A DNA stretch of 64,000 bases from Eledone cirrhosa (lineage: Eukaryota), in the NCBI GenBank assembly GCA_964016885.1, contig OZ024764.1, positions 682,001 to 746,000 of the forward strand. Direction: 5' to 3'. Below, piece by piece: positions 12,161 to 25,611 of the stretch. Position 1 is the stretch's first letter. Every line of letters begins with the position of its first letter. Position numbers and translations under genes: made by a program. The notes beneath the pieces were generated by a model. The model searched no databases. It saw nothing but the letters and a program-made list of their open reading frames with translations, and was not told the origin of the DNA.

Positions 12161-12693
12161 GTGTAAGTTGCGAAAAGGTTGGCAACGGCAGTGAAATATT
12201 CAAGTGAATAAAAAGGGCTGCTTTAAATTATTTACACGAATGAATAAAAAGGCTGCGTTAAATTCTTACGTCGGTCACCAGTGTGGTAAAATGTAATGTA
12301 TCCTAGTTGGATAGTTCATTGACATAGACGTGAGGGAAGGTCCCTCGTCTATTTACCATTTTGTGTTTGTGAGAATTATGACAAAGTGAGTGAGTGAGTG
12401 TGTGCGCAAACAAGACAATAACCACAACGAGAGTTAAATTCAACAAGTGTAAATAATGGTGATTTATTTATACTACAAATGGAACGTACCAAATGTTGAC
12501 GTGGTCAGTTGTGGTGACCATTCAAAAGTATTGTGGGGTTTATTGTTTGCTGTTCCCTTGGCTGCTTTCTGTGGCGTGTGATCAGTCTGCTTTCTAGTGG
12601 CTGTCTGTTTTCTCCTCGTGTTCTCAACCAGCGGGAGATAACTAGGGTTGTTCTATTATCCCGGCAAGAGGCGTGAGGCGTCTTACTACAAGT

Positions 12694-13388
12694 TCAAGGC
12701 GGTTGAGTTATCATAGGAATGTCAATCCAGTTACAGATCAGATGTGATTTCAGATGAGGACAACATCTGAAGATCTCGGTCTTTGAGTTCAGGCAAGCAG
12801 AAGTGGCTCTCAAGTTTAACAAAATCCTATATTTTTCTGTGGTACACAAAGAACAATTCTTTGTGCCTCTTTGGTACTCCCTCGAATGGTCTAAAATAGA
12901 CCAATCGATAGAGTACGGGATGTTATTATCCTTGAATTCCCACACCTTACTTGCAAGGGCCGTTGTTGTTGTTGGTTTATCGGAGTGCTTAAAAGAAGCG
13001 ACATGTGAGTAAAACCTGGTTTTAAACCTGTCCTGGGTCATGCCGACATATCGCTCACTCCTGGCTGGCTGGTTGTTGATAACTGGCGTTATCTTAGCCT
13101 CATAAACAACAGATTTTGTGTTACATTTACCCTGCAATGGGCATTCATCCGGCTTCCTGCAACTGCATCCTGGATTTGTTCTCGTATGATTTGAACTAGT
13201 GATCTTGGACTTCATGGATGGGCAACAAGAGTAACTGATCTTAACTACGTTCCTATTAAATATCTTATAATATCTATGATTAGGAGGAAAATGTTTATCT
13301 AAGAGTTCAAGGAATTTCCTTCCTACATTAGTTTTGACAGTTAGAGAGAAGGGGTGTGTGAACCAAATAATTTTCCTTTTCCTGTTAT
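12694..13388 (-). mobile_element. Naiad-type Penelope-like element C: linker + complete GIY-YIG endonuclease
   Basis: ORF 12694-13215: CSCRKPDECPLQGKC...VVYEAKI...YVGMT..FKTRFYSH...CSLCTTEK...LNSKTEIFRCCPH. The upstream frame reads VKTNVGRKFLELLDKHF...IFNRNVVKISYSC. Confidence 0.92.
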
Positions 13389-13401
13389 GGGGGGGGGGGG
13401 G

Positions 13402-14650
13402 AATTTGTTCTGTAAAACCGCTGTTTTTAAGGGCTTTATTATAATAAGGGCGGCTTTATTAAAAATGGATTGTCTCTCTGTTTCCCATTTCTTTACACAG
13501 TCCTTTGCATTATTATTAAATTCTGCGAGATCTTTTAAGCTGCACTGGTTGGGTAGTAGGGGGAAAACAAGGCAAATATCACCTGTTGATGGAGAATCCC
13601 CGCTAGCCATTGCTGCTCCCCTACTGGCGACGGCCCTATATGAGGTTCCCCCATTTCAGTATCTTGTGTCGCTACTCCGCTATCTTGTGATTCAAATAAA
13701 TCGTTGTTTGACTGATCACATATAAATTCTTCGTTTTTAGATGATTGTTCTTTTTGTAGCAAGCAATGAAGGCATTAGTGTCATCTTTGCTCTAATTGCG
13801 ATGTTATTTGTACAATCTATAAGCTTGTTATCGGCTTGTTCAAAATGTCTGCCACTGTACTCAGTCTTGCAATATTCATCTAAATTGTTAACAGGTTTTT
13901 TTTCTAAATCTTTAGTATAAGGAGCACAAGATGGAGTCGAAGAAGGCAGATTAGTTCTGTGGGACAGTTGTCGGCAGACACGATAAGTCGGGTTTGTTTT
14001 CATTATCCTTTTCATCCTCCAAGATGGCGGCTACTAGCCAGGAGGTCTTTATCTTGAGTGGTACATTTTTGTATGGTAACCTTGTTACCATTGGCGACAG
14101 TGATGATGCTGGACAGAGTAAGTTACCAGGTAATCTTTACTGTTCTTTCTTCTGTCCTAATATTTCGGGACCCAAAATTCCTTTCGTCAGAGTTTAAGGA
14201 ACTTTCAGAGAAGAATGTTCCAGTTTCTTCTCTTTCGGATTAAATTTTGATTTAAATTTCTGAAGTTGTTTTCAAGAAAAAACGTTTTAAAGTGTCGGTA
14301 AAATGTTAGTTTATTAATCTCATTTGGTTCCTCGTTCTTTTGTCCTTGGTTCAGGTTTGAAAAAAATGTTTTGTTTCGCAGAGGTTTTGAAGATTTTCGC
14401 TGATTTCAGAAGTTGTGTATTTGGTACCAATTTCCTCGTTGTTTTCTTGGGTTCAAATGTTGAGTTTGTTGAAGATTGTTAACAGGTTTGTGTTAATTTT
14501 CTTGAGTTCTTTCAGTATCTCTTCATTTACGGTAGAACTTGATCCAGGGAACCGGCGAAGGCGTCTTGCATCTCCATCACTCGGATATCTATCTGACTGC
14601 TTGCCGGATTATTCGAAATTTCTAAAGAAAGCTAAAAAGTAGAAAAGAGG
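13402..14650 (-). mobile_element. Broken coding region, probably the N-terminal part of Naiad element C (RT deleted)
   Basis: Consecutive minus-strand reading-frame pieces (13341-13610, 13535-13762, 13737-14015) with charged low-complexity composition, joined to the linker at a G13 run. No diagnostic motif. Confidence 0.4.
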
Positions 14651-14689
14651 AAGAGAGATTCTAGGCCCTAACGCGCTAAAAAAAAAAAC

Positions 14690-15590
14690 CTGAGGCAATC
14701 ATCCCCCGGACCCGGCAAGGGTTCATAAAGGAGAAAAGGGGATTAGACGACAGGCATCCACAGTGGCGGGGACCCGGAAGCATCCAGAGACCCCCATACC
14801 GCACGCGAGCCGACAACTCGAAACCAGCTGGTTTCTATTCCAGCATCTCTAGCGTAGCTAGCATCGCACAACGGCACAGAAGCCTCCTGAACACATCACC
14901 CACGATCCCCAGAGCAGATAATGTCTCTTCAGCCGCGTTCGACCAAGCACCACAAGCTCCGATAGGAGAGCCATGAACCAGGACTCTCCCAGCTGTTTCA
15001 TTTTCCAGCAGCGCAGTCAAGGGAAGGTACACGTACCTTCACCGCCGCGGCGTCATTCAAAACGCTTCCCTGCTCGTATCTCACCGTGACATCCACCACC
15101 ACCGTCATACCCCATCTCATTACCAGATCCGGAATGAGCCTCGCATTGTTCACACGATAAGAGGGCCCCCATCCCACCCTCCAACCATGGCGTATACACT
15201 CGTCCGCAATCAGTTGGCACAGCTGGTCGGTCCTGGCCAAGCGCCTTCTCTTCAGAAGAGGGCACTGGCCACTGATACGGGCGATTGTCTCGGCAACCAT
15301 TCTACAGGTTTTAGGTCTGCGACCACCTCTCGCCAGGCATTCCCGGGTGGGAAACGTATTGGTTCGCAATTTAAGAGAGCTTAAAAAGGTCCCCTCAGAA
15401 ACCACACCCGGGCGGAGCAGCCAATCGTTGCCGATTCGGTGGCTCCTAAACGACCTCGCACACGCCCCCTGGACAGGCTGAGACGCTCAGGCCTCAGCGT
15501 ATTCCCGTCGAAGGTCAGGCGCGTACGTGGTCTCGCCCAGCGGAACCGGTGGCTGACCATAGCGCACCGCTATCACCCTTGTCGAAAGCT
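14690..15590 (-). mobile_element. R2-like non-LTR retrotransposon 3' end (zinc knuckle + restriction-like endonuclease + 3' UTR)
   Basis: ORF 14998-15405: KLRTNTFPTR, degenerate CCHC (CR..ETIARISGQC), RTD for the RHD motif, IPDLV...VVDVTV and K..VY. Continues in ORF 14835-15032 (GSPIGACGAW). GC-rich relative to its flanks. Confidence 0.85.
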
Positions 15591-16548
15591 ACAAATTTTC
15601 TCCCTTGCTGGAGCATATCCCTTGCGTTAGAGATGTCAAGAGTTATAAAATCTTGTTTTTTGTTCAGTTTCAGCGAAAGACATTTTTTTTTGTGGTGTTG
15701 CTGTTGTTGTCATTGTCGGCCTCGGTGTTAGAAATCGCAATTTCTTGACTAGGTGAAACTTGATAGATGTATCTATATCTGGGATGAGGTGATAAAAACC
15801 GACCTTACCCAATGACACACGACCGTGACCTCTGGCGTCACGCAGTAATACAGAGTACCCAACCTCCCATGGGTACAAGCTGAAGCATACAGACAATATG
15901 CCCCCACACCCTCCCACTGCAAAGTGGTCGTGGAGGGGCCACGGCAAAAAAGCACCCAGCACTCACTGTAAATGAGGTTGGTGTTAGGAAGGGCATCCAG
16001 CTGTAGAAATCAAGCCAGAATCAGTTCCTGTATGAGCAAGGCATGGTCAGCCGACCAGACACTGCCCACAACAGGACAACCCGTCTAACCCATGCTAGCG
16101 TGGAAGAACGGATGTAAAACGGTGATGATAATGCTCGTTTCGTTATTTTTTTGGTGGTGTTGTGGTTGTCGGTTTTTCCGTTTGTAGTTGTGTCAATTGT
16201 TTTTTCTGTTGATTCTGGTGTCTGTTGTAGACTGTGATTCAATTTATGGTGTCTACTTCACTTTTCGTTACACAAAACTTTGTTGTTAACTACATCGATA
16301 CAGGCATAGCTCTTAGCAACATTAAATTCTTTTCTTTTTCCTTCAACGTCTGCTAGCGTTCTTTGTACGCTTGCCATTGCTGATTTGAAATTAATGTTTT
16401 CAAATTAATTTCAAATTAAATTTTCGCTGACAATTCAGCCTGGGGGTTAATCTACAAAACAATGTATTTTTTTAAACAAGAATTTTTGTTTTTTGTAAAT
16501 AAATTGACAGAAACTTACCAGCGAAATTGTGTGCGTCCAACTACCAAG
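15590..16548 (-). mobile_element. Tx1-like LINE 5' end (5' UTR + ORF1 N-terminus), interrupted by a SINE
   Basis: 15590-15730 encodes MSFAET...DISNARDMLQQGRKFV (across a frameshift), matching the SFAQT...DITNAK..RKYV block of the other ORF1s. The 5' end abuts (GATA)n at ~16548. Confidence 0.75.
15732..16133 (+). mobile_element. SINE with (GAT)n-type tail (RTE-partner type, cephalopod-like)
   Basis: Contains aaaaaagcacccagcactcactgtaaatgaggttggtgttaggaagggcatccagctgtagaaa, identical to the copy at ~43563. Ends cggatgtaaaacggtgatgataatg. Confidence 0.75.
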
Positions 16549-16561
16549 ATAGATAGATAGA

Positions 16562-19500
16562 TAAATTTCTTTATTCGCCACAAGGGCGCAAAAAGATGGG
16601 GACAAATACATACATATAGTGGGGAGTTTACATACAGGCGTGTAAAGAAAAAAGAATTAATAACAATAATATTAAATTTAACAATCGAAATCCCCAATAG
16701 GGGGGAGGCATTACACATGGGTTGTACACACCCCGAAAAAATGTACAACCCTCATCTCCTGGAGCACGAAGAGTGAGCACTCCTTTCCTCTTTTTCCTTA
16801 ACCTACAGGTTTATATAGAGAGAAGGCCCAACCACTCGGGCCATTCTTGCCACATTCAACCACCTTTAGGAAAATTTGAAGGAAGGTGGCGGTTCGATTG
16901 TAATAATGGACTCGGTGGTCAACTGGATTTGTCCCACCCGCGACAGTAGCCCTTCTGCGTAGCTCCACAGGTCGGTAACGTCCGGGCAGTGTACGTGACG
17001 GTTTCCTCATCTTGCACACATCTCGGACAGATCTTTTTCGAGGGATCCCTGCCAGGGTGTCCGTGTCTGTAGAGCTTGTCTCGAATGGGTAGAACTCCTC
17101 GGTAGCCCTGCCAGGCCATGGACTTTTGAGAGTTGTCCATCGGTCCCGGGCGGACGGTCCTACCGAACAGACTTGCTGCACACCAAACCTCTATAGAATG
17201 ACGAGGTGGAGTGTCCACTGAATGCCGGGTCCACTTGCCAGAGGACTGCGCGCCTGAGCACATTCGACGTGCCAGTCGCCCAGTTTTGCAGCTCGGTCAG
17301 CGAGACGAGTCGTGGCAAGGCTCGCCTCATGAACGGGGCCCACACCGGTTGTTCGGTGAGGAATATGAGGAGGTGCCGCAGCCTGAGCGCGCGTTTGTGC
17401 ATCATCAGCCACGGCATCCCCAGCCCTCCGTTGGAAGGGTGTTGACAGCAGATGGACCTTCTCACCAAAGGAGCCTGCTTCTTCCAATGGAATTGAAAGA
17501 GCGTTCGCTCCATTTTGGCGAGCGTTTTACGTGGACAAGGCATGACGGACGCTATGAAAGTGTTCGCCACCTCCACTCGACCTTTCAAGGATAGTTTGCA
17601 CTCGGCCCATTTCTGGGTGACCGCAAACACCTTGGCCGTCACCTCGTTCCAGTTTTTTTTCACCTGGAGGTCCGGACCAAACCAGACCCCGTGCAGCTTC
17701 ACCGGTCCTTCCGTCCAGCATCCGACGACGTCGTCAGAAGGCATCGGTTTGCCTCTCCACGTTCCGAGTTACAAACCGACAGACGTGTCCCTGTTCAGCT
17801 TCGCGCATGTCAACCTTTCGTATTCCTTCAGTAAGTTGCCGACCTCTCCGATTTGCGAGGTGTTCAACACCATTACTCTCATGTCAGCGTAGCCAGACGC
17901 AGTCCCGGTTCCAATGAGATGCCCTGCAGTAGCTCCAACTTCCGCAGTAGTCGCTCGACAGTCAGCATGTACAGAATGGAGGAGAGAGGGCATCGCTGGC
18001 GGATGGATCGCGTGATTTGGAACGGCTCCGAGAGGTAGCCATTCACCTTGACCCTTGAGCAGATGTTGCTGCTGTGCATAGCAGCAATGCAGCCTCTGAA
18101 CACGAGTCCGAAGCCTGCCGCCGCGAGCACCGTATCCAGGTATCGATGGTCGACCCTATCGAACGCCTTAGACTGATTCAAATTGATGAGAGCCCCACCG
18201 AAGCCGGGTTCACATCCTACTCTCTCTACAATGTACCGCATGAGGTGGAGGTTGTCGTGTATGGACCTGGTCGGAATTGCGCACGTCTACGCTTCTCCCA
18301 CCAGGTTTTCGACAAGCGCCAGCCTCTTTGCTAACACCTTGGCCAAAATCTGAAACTGTGTTTAGCAGAGTTATGGGCCCGAAGTTACTTATGTCGTCCC
18401 CCTTGTTCTCATCCTTCATGTCCAGCGTGACTACGCCCTTGGTCACAGAACTGGCAATTCTCTCGTTCTGCTGCCAGTTGCAGTAGACCGCTTCGAGGAG
18501 GCCGGAGAATAAGTCTGACATTGCTACGTAAAATTCGTAGGGTAGACCGTCGAGACCTGGTGATTTGCATTGGCTCAGCGGCCGAAATCGGCCTTTCGCA
18601 GATCTTTGCCACCGCGGCAGGCCGTTGAGGTATGGACCAAAATCCATAGCCCCTTCCGGCGTGGTGCACTGCCCAAACAGCCGTGCAAAGTGTCACTGAA
18701 AGGCCGCACACATCTGCTTCGGTTCAAGTAGCACGCGTCAGTCTTGGTCCTTCAAAGACCGAATCGTGGACTGGTGTTGCCACTGTTCGCCTCCGTCACT
18801 CAGGCCCAGCCAACAGCTTTGGCTCCCTCGTTCCATAATTGGAAGAATGGTGTGTATTTTTATTTTCTGTGTCCTTCTACCCATGTACGTAGGGTAGAAG
18901 GTGGATGTAATAGGCTTTACCGAAAGTTTTTTTGCCGTCTCCTGGTCCTTCATGAGAATGAATAGACTCCCATAGAGTCTATCCTTTTGTATGAACAGAA
19001 TGTCTTTCATTACATCTTCTAAGACCAGCTCTATCTCACTCTGTGATGGTTGAGCTGGTCTTTTCGTTTTATTTAACACTGTCCTAAACATCACTGTGTT
19101 TAGGACCCTCTGACTTTTTAGTTGCGGTGTGGATTGGATCGAAAATGACCCATTTTCCCTGTATACTATGTATTTTTTGGCTTCTGTCAGTAGCTCCTTA
19201 GCGTTGCTTATGTCTACTGGCAGGTATTCAAGGTTTTTTTTTCGCAGTTTGGGCAAAGGAAGCCTTTCCATTATCCTTGTACTCATTATTTTCTTTTTCG
19301 TTGCTTTTTTCTATTTTTTCTGTGTTTTCTTTTTTCCATGTTGATGTTGTTTTGCAGTTTCTGTGTGTTTGTGTTGTCATATAATTTCATGTTAACATTT
19401 TTGGGGTTTTTACCCACATTTTCACAATCTGCAGTAGAAACATTGTCCATAATCGTATTTGAAAGTGAGAGGGGGGGAGTTTCAATTACATTCATTTGTC

Positions 19501-19750
19501 TTACTTTCGTCAGGGGGCGTGGCAGAGTTGTTGTTGTTCATGGCGTCCATTATTGACATATACGTCAACAAAATTTTTTAAAAGGAAATTTTTACCCCTA
19601 AAAGGGGTAAAAATAAAATTACCCCCCCGTCTACAAACTTAGGCGGGAGGTTAATTCACACGGGGACACAACATACAAACACTTACTGTTAACATGTAAA
19701 ATATTCCAAAAAGGCAGGAGCTGAAGTTACCTACGTCTATACCATCCAAG
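16562..19750 (-). mobile_element. Tx1/L1-clade LINE, both ends present, multiply internally deleted (endonuclease missing)
   Basis: 5' UTR 19545-19750; ORF1 18835-19545; RT pieces (KSPGLDGLPYEFY, PITLLN, NQSKAFDRVDH, GYADM, LSLKGR); zinc-finger CTD (CPRCVQDEET); 3' UTR with AATAAA next to (ATCT)n. Confidence 0.92.
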
Positions 19751-19771
19751 GATAGATAGATATGTTTCTTT

Positions 19772-22700
19772 ATTAGCCACAGGGGCACAAAAGAAGGGGA
19801 CAAATACAAAGGGGGAAGTTTACATACAATAAAAAGGTGTAAAATATTATCACAAATGCAATTTAAAAATTAATCGATTTTCCCCAATAGGGGGAGACAG
19901 TTCATATGGGTAACACATATCCCCGAAAAAATGTGCAGGAGTACGAAGAGTTTGTACCCCTTTCCTCTTCCTCTTTTTCCTCAACCTACAGGCTGATATA
20001 GAGAAAAGGCCCATTCACTCGGGCAATTCTTGCCACTTTCACCCACCTTTCATAAAACTTGCTGGGGTACAGCCCCTCTCTCTCCATCCTGATTCTTCTT
20101 CCAAAGTGATATTTGAAAAAAAGAACCAGTTGTTGGCCGGAGAGAAATGTGTCTGACCCCAGCCCTTTTAACCTCTTTCACCATAGCTATCACACAAAGA
20201 AAAACCACCTCTCCTTCGTTTTTGAAGAAGGATGGCGGTTTGATCATAACAATGGACTCGGTCAACCGGATTGGTCCCACCCATGGTAATAGTCGTATGT
20301 ACAGAAGGGAGGAGATAGGGCATCCCTGTTGAAAGGATCGCGTGATATGGAACGGCTCCGAGAGGTAGCCATTCACCTTGACCCTTGAGCAGATGTTGCT
20401 GCTGTGCATTGCAGCAATCCAGCCCCTGAACATGGGTCCGAAGCCTGCCGCCTCGAGCACCGCATCCAGGTAACGATGGTCAACCCTATCGAAAGCCTTA
20501 GACTGATCCAAGTTGATCAGGGCCCCACCGAACCCTCTCTACGATGCATCGCATGAGGTGGAGGTTGTCATGTATGGACCTGGTCGGCATTGCGCATCTC
20601 TGCGCTTCTCCCACTAGGTTTTTGACAAGCGCCAGCCTCTTTGCCAACACCTTGGCCAAAATCTGTAACTGTGTTTAACAGTTATGGGCCGGAAGTTGCC
20701 TATGTCATCCCCCTTATTCTCGTCCTTCCTGACTAGGGTGACTACGCCCCTGGTCACAGAACTGGGAATTCTCTCGTCCTGCTGCCAGTTGCAGTCGACC
20801 GCTTCCAGGAGAACAGAACAAGTCCAGCATTGCTATATAAAATTCGTAGGGTAGACCGTCGAAACCTGGAGATTTGCGTTTGCCGCATTGGTTGAAATCG
20901 GCCTTTCGCAGAAGTTCGCCTTGCTGTCCGAGAGTCGCGGCAGTCCGTCGAGGTATGGACTGAAATCCATAGCCTCTCCTGGCGCGCCGAACAGCTGAGC
21001 AAAGTGCCGCTGAAAGGCCGCGCACTTCGGCTCAGGTATCACACATCTGTCTTGGTCCTTCAAAGACCAAATCGTGGACTTGTTGCCACTTTTTGCCTCC
21101 ATCACCCGGGCCCAGCTAACAGCTTTGGCTCCCTCGTTTCCCAGAGCACGTATTTCGCTTCTGACAACGCAGCTCTCGTGCTTTGCGTTGAAGAACTGGT
21201 CCAAGGTCGTTCTCGTTGCTAGCACGCTGGCTACGTTGCCACTTTTAATTGACTCTTCTACTTTATCTACCAGTTCCTTCTCGGTCCTATTTCTATCTAA
21301 CACTAATTCTTTACTAAAAACTAACGAGTCTAATCTAACTGCCCTCTTGAGAGAGTACCACCATCTGTTGTTGACAATGGCCCCTATCAAGTGCTGTTTA
21401 ACTAAAGTGCTAATCCGTCAACTGTAGGCTTTGTATGTCGGTAACGACAAGTTCAGCTTCCAGTAGCCAGGTCCTTGTCTATGGGTTCTATCAAGGTTGA
21501 CCATGCAGGTTAGTAGTTTGTGATCTGAATAGGCAACCATGAACATTTGTGGACAGCTTAACATGTCCCTATCTTTATTTCTAACTAGAACTCTATCTAG
21601 GTACGATCTGGATGTTCCGCTGCGATTAGTCCACGTCCACAGTGGCACAGTTGGAAAATCTAGTCGATATCTATCGGCCGATTAACTGTTTGAGGCTGTT
21701 ACACCCCCCCCTTTATCGGGACATGCTCCCACATAGTCCCAACGTGCATCTAGGATTCCATTCCAGTCCCCCACTAAAAGCAAGGAGCGGGACGTTTCTA
21801 GAAAAGTCCCTAGATGTTTGAAGAAGTCTGGCCGCGGTGTCCCGGATGGGGCATATGCGGCCACCAGCCTGAAGGCTCCACCTTCATTACTATCAACGTC
21901 TAGGACCACCAGTCGACCCTCTGAGTTCAGATGTACCGTCTGTGATTCGAGGTCCAGGTGTTTCCGCAGCAAAACGGCAACCCCACCTCCCGGCTGACAG
22001 AGAGATGCGTACATCTCAAAGTCGTCAAAGATGGAGGCCAGCTGTCGCTCGTTGTGGATCCTGGACTCGCAATGGCTACTACATCCATACTGTGCGACCT
22101 GACGTCGTTTAAGAGTTTGCCCTGTTTCCAGGCCACGTACAATCACACATCCAACTCATATTGGCCATGTTGGTGCTGAAAAGTTAAAAGAAGAGGAAAA
22201 GAAATCACTCACCTCTTCGTCTCCTGAGGACCAGGCTGCACAATTTCGATGGGAGTGTTGGAGGGGTTGTCTGGGTGGGTGGGTGGTGGGGAGACATTTG
22301 AGAAGGATGCGGTTAAGTGGTTTCATGCAGGAATTCCCCCACATCATTTTCAAATGTTTCTTTTAGGGACCTATAAGTTTGTATAGGGACCCTAATCAGT
22401 TTTAGGTTCGGTTTTTTATTATTTTTATTAGTGTGCGAAAGTTTTCCCTTCGGTGAAAACCGAAGGGTTGTTTGTGATGGTCTCCATTAGTTTTCAGTGT
22501 TTATGTATGTGTAAGTGTAATTTTCTTGAGCTGTGTTTGTTTTCGTCTGTAGTTCTTGTGTGTGCTTTCGTTTTGTTGTAGGTGTTTGTGTTTGGAATGA
22601 TGTCGGGGTTTTTGTTTGTAATGTTTGTGTTGTTTGTGTTGGTGGTTGTATGTTTGTTGCTTTTTTGTTCTTGTGGTGTCTTTTCTTCTTTCTTTTCGAA

Positions 22701-23590
22701 CGGAGAGGCTCTCCCTCATCACCACTTGATGATGAGGGGGCCTCGTCCGTTGTGGTGTCTGTTATTTGGAAGGGGTATGTTTTGGGGAGCTGTTGTGTTT
22801 GTGGGTGTGTTTGCAGTGGTTTTAGGTGGAGTGGGGTTGTGTGGGACTGTGCTTGCAGTTTGGTTTGTTGTTCTTGTTTTGGTTATGTTTGCGTGTTGTT
22901 GTGGTGGTGGTGGCTGTGTCGTTGTTTTGGGTGTAGGCAGTAGTACCTCTTTTTTTTTTTTTTTGCAGCTAGCTGAGGACAGTAAGCCTTCAGGTGACCA
23001 CTGCTTAAACAGTGGTAACATGAAGGCCGCCAACCCTCAACAGAAATGTTTATGTATGAAATCCCATCCAGAGGCACACGTTTATTTTAGCTATCTGTTC
23101 TGGCCTCATTTGGACTAGAACTTCCAGGTTTGTACCATTGAATGTGCCCCTGGAGGACTTTCCCACTGAAATGATGGTGTCTTCATCGAAATCGATGAAT
23201 CCAGTCAAAATCCACCAGATGTTTACATTTGGTGCAATGTTCGAAATTTTAATTTTCTGGGTTCTTTTTCCCACATATGTGGGGTAAAATGTGTAAAGTG
23301 GGGACACAATTGGCGACACAATATATTTTTGTGTCGTCAATTGGTCTTTTATCAACACTGAAATGCTTCCAATAAGTTTACCTTTTTGGATGAAGGCAAT
23401 ATCCTTCATTGAATTTTTCAGAACCAGTCAATGTCGTTTTGGAATAATTGGACTGGTTTTTTTGACACATTTGAAACTGTCCTAAAAATTATTGTTTTTA
23501 GGATAGTTTCTCTACATGACTTGAGAAGTGATGCTGAAAGCACCACTCTCACCAAAAGTTACGTACTGTTTTGCATCTCTTAACAATTCC
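19772..23590 (-). mobile_element. Tx1/L1-clade LINE with ORF1, APE endonuclease, partial RT and 3' end
   Basis: ORF1 22160-23590 (CYHCLSSGHLKAYC knuckle). APE 21420-22150 (FRLVAAYAP, LVGDWN, WTW...SYLDRVLV, SDHKL). RT (KSPGFDG, DQSKAFDRVDH, QGCPIS). 3' UTR with AATAAA abutting GATA repeats. Confidence 0.93.
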
Positions 23591-24285
23591 CTAGCAGTGT
23601 ACAATTGCGTGCAAGACGGTTTCAATGTCCTGCTCGCATCTTGGACACATCCTCTTGGAAGGATCCCTGTCGAGGCGTTCGTGCCTGTAGATCTTACCTT
23701 GAACGGGTAGAGCTCCTCGGTAGCACTGCCAGGCCAGGGACCTCTGGAAGTTGTCCATAGGTCCCAGGCGGAAACTCCTACCGAACAGAGTGGTGAGCTC
23801 GTCGTCCTCGACGCCTAGAGTCTCCCCGAGCACTTGTAAAGTACTAACCCTCTATAGAATGTCGAAGTGGAGTCTCCACAGATTGCTGTGCCAGGTGCCC
23901 ATCTTCTTCGGTCTTCGCTTGACCAAGGACCAGCTCCGTCAGCGAGACAAGTTGTGGGAAGGCCTGTCTCACAAACTGCCCACACCGGTTGGTTGGTGAG
24001 GAATACCTGAAGATGCCATAGCCTCAGCACATGTTTGCGCATCATTAGCCGCGGCATGCCCAGCCCTCCATTGGAAGGGTGTTGACAGCAGACGGATCTC
24101 ATCACCAGTGGAGCCTGCTTCTTCCACAGGAAGGAACAGCAAGAGCATGCGTTCCATCTTGGTGAGGTATTCACGGGGACAAGGCGCGGTAGTAGATGAC
24201 AGACGCTATGAAAGTGTTCGCCACCTCCGCTCGACCTTTCAAAGACAGTTTGCACTCTGCCCACTTTTGGGTGAGCGCAAATACC
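23590..24285 (-). mobile_element. Tx1 ORF2 C-terminal fragment
   Basis: CCQHPSNGGLGMP, PMDNFQRSLAWQCYRGALPV, CPRCEQDIETVLHAIVHC. Confidence 0.9.
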
Positions 24286-25611
24286 AAAGAAAGTCGTCAA
24301 TCGGGAGGGGGCGTTTTGGGGGTGGCACACACCCCAGAAAAATGTACGACCCTTCTCGGGAGCACAAAGGGAAGGCGCTCCCTTCTCTTATCCTCTCCAC
24401 CTACAGGCTGATATAGAGAGAAGAGAGAAGGCTCATTCACACGGGCCATTCTCGCTACTTTCACCCACCTTTCATAAAACTGGCTGGGGTGCAGCACCTC
24501 TCTCTCCATCCTGATCATTCTTCCGAAATGGTATCGGAAAAAAAGGACCAGTTGTTGGCCGGAAAGAAAGGTCTCCGACCTCAGCCCTTTTAGACGCGTC
24601 TACCATATAACCTCTTTTACCATTGCTATTACACATAGGAAGACCGCCTCTCCTTCATTTTTGAAGGGGGGAGGCGGCTTGATCGTTACAATGGACTTGG
24701 TGGTCAACCTAATTGGTCCCACCCGTGACAGCAGTTGTTCGACATAGCCCCACAGATAGGTAACGCCTGGGCAGTGCACCAATGCGTGCGCGATGGTTTC
24801 CTCATCGCGCACGCATCTGGGACAGATCTTTTTCGAGGGGTCCCTACCCGGGCGCCCGTGTCTGTAGAGCTTATCCCGAACGGGCAGAGCCCCTCGGTAG
24901 CATTGCCAGGCCAAGGACTTCTGGAAGTTGTCCATAGGTCCCAGGCCGAAAGTCCTACCGAATAGACTGGCCAGTTCGTCCTCCTCCATGCCTAGGGTTT
25001 CTCCGAGGGCGTCGTCACACCTGCTAACCACCAGCCCTCTATAGAATGACGAGGTGGAGTCTCCATCGATAGCCGGGTCCGCCTGCCAGAGAGCCGTGGG
25101 CGCCTGGGCACACTATGTGTGCTAGTCGCCCAGTTTTCTCGGTCTTTGCTTCACCCAGGACTGCAGCTCGGTGAGCGAGACGAGCCTCAGGAAGGCTCGC
25201 CTCACAAACGGGGCCCACACCGGTTGACCGGTGAGGAATACGTGGAGGTGCCTTAGCCTCAATGTGTTTTTACGCATTTTTAGCCACGGCATCCCCAGCC
25301 CTCCTTTCAAAGGGTGTTGACAGCAGATGGATCTCCTTACTAGAGGAGACCTCTTCTTCCAAAGGAAATAAAAGAGAGCGCTCCATTTTGGCGAGGATCT
25401 CACCCGGCCAAGGCATGACAGTCATGCGGTAATAGATGACGGACGCTATGTAAGCGTTCGCCACCTCTGCCCGACCTTTCAGGGATAGTTTGCACTCGGC
25501 CCACTTCTGGGTCAGTGCAAACACCCTATTCGTCACCTCACCCCAGTTTTTCTCCACCTGGAGGTCCGGTCCGAACCAGACCCCAAGCAACTTCACCGGG
25601 CCCTCCGTCCG
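24286..25611 (-). mobile_element. Tx1 ORF2 C-terminal domain + part of 3' UTR
   Basis: KLLGVWFGPD...LSLKGRAEVAN, GGLGMP, CPRCVRDEETIAHALVHCP, FYERWVKVARM. Confidence 0.92.

Noticed and set aside
12694-13215. Selenocysteine recoding, reported for some Naiad elements
   Set aside because: There is no in-frame TGA within the GIY-YIG domain. The only TGA is the natural terminus, and no SECIS could be identified by eye.
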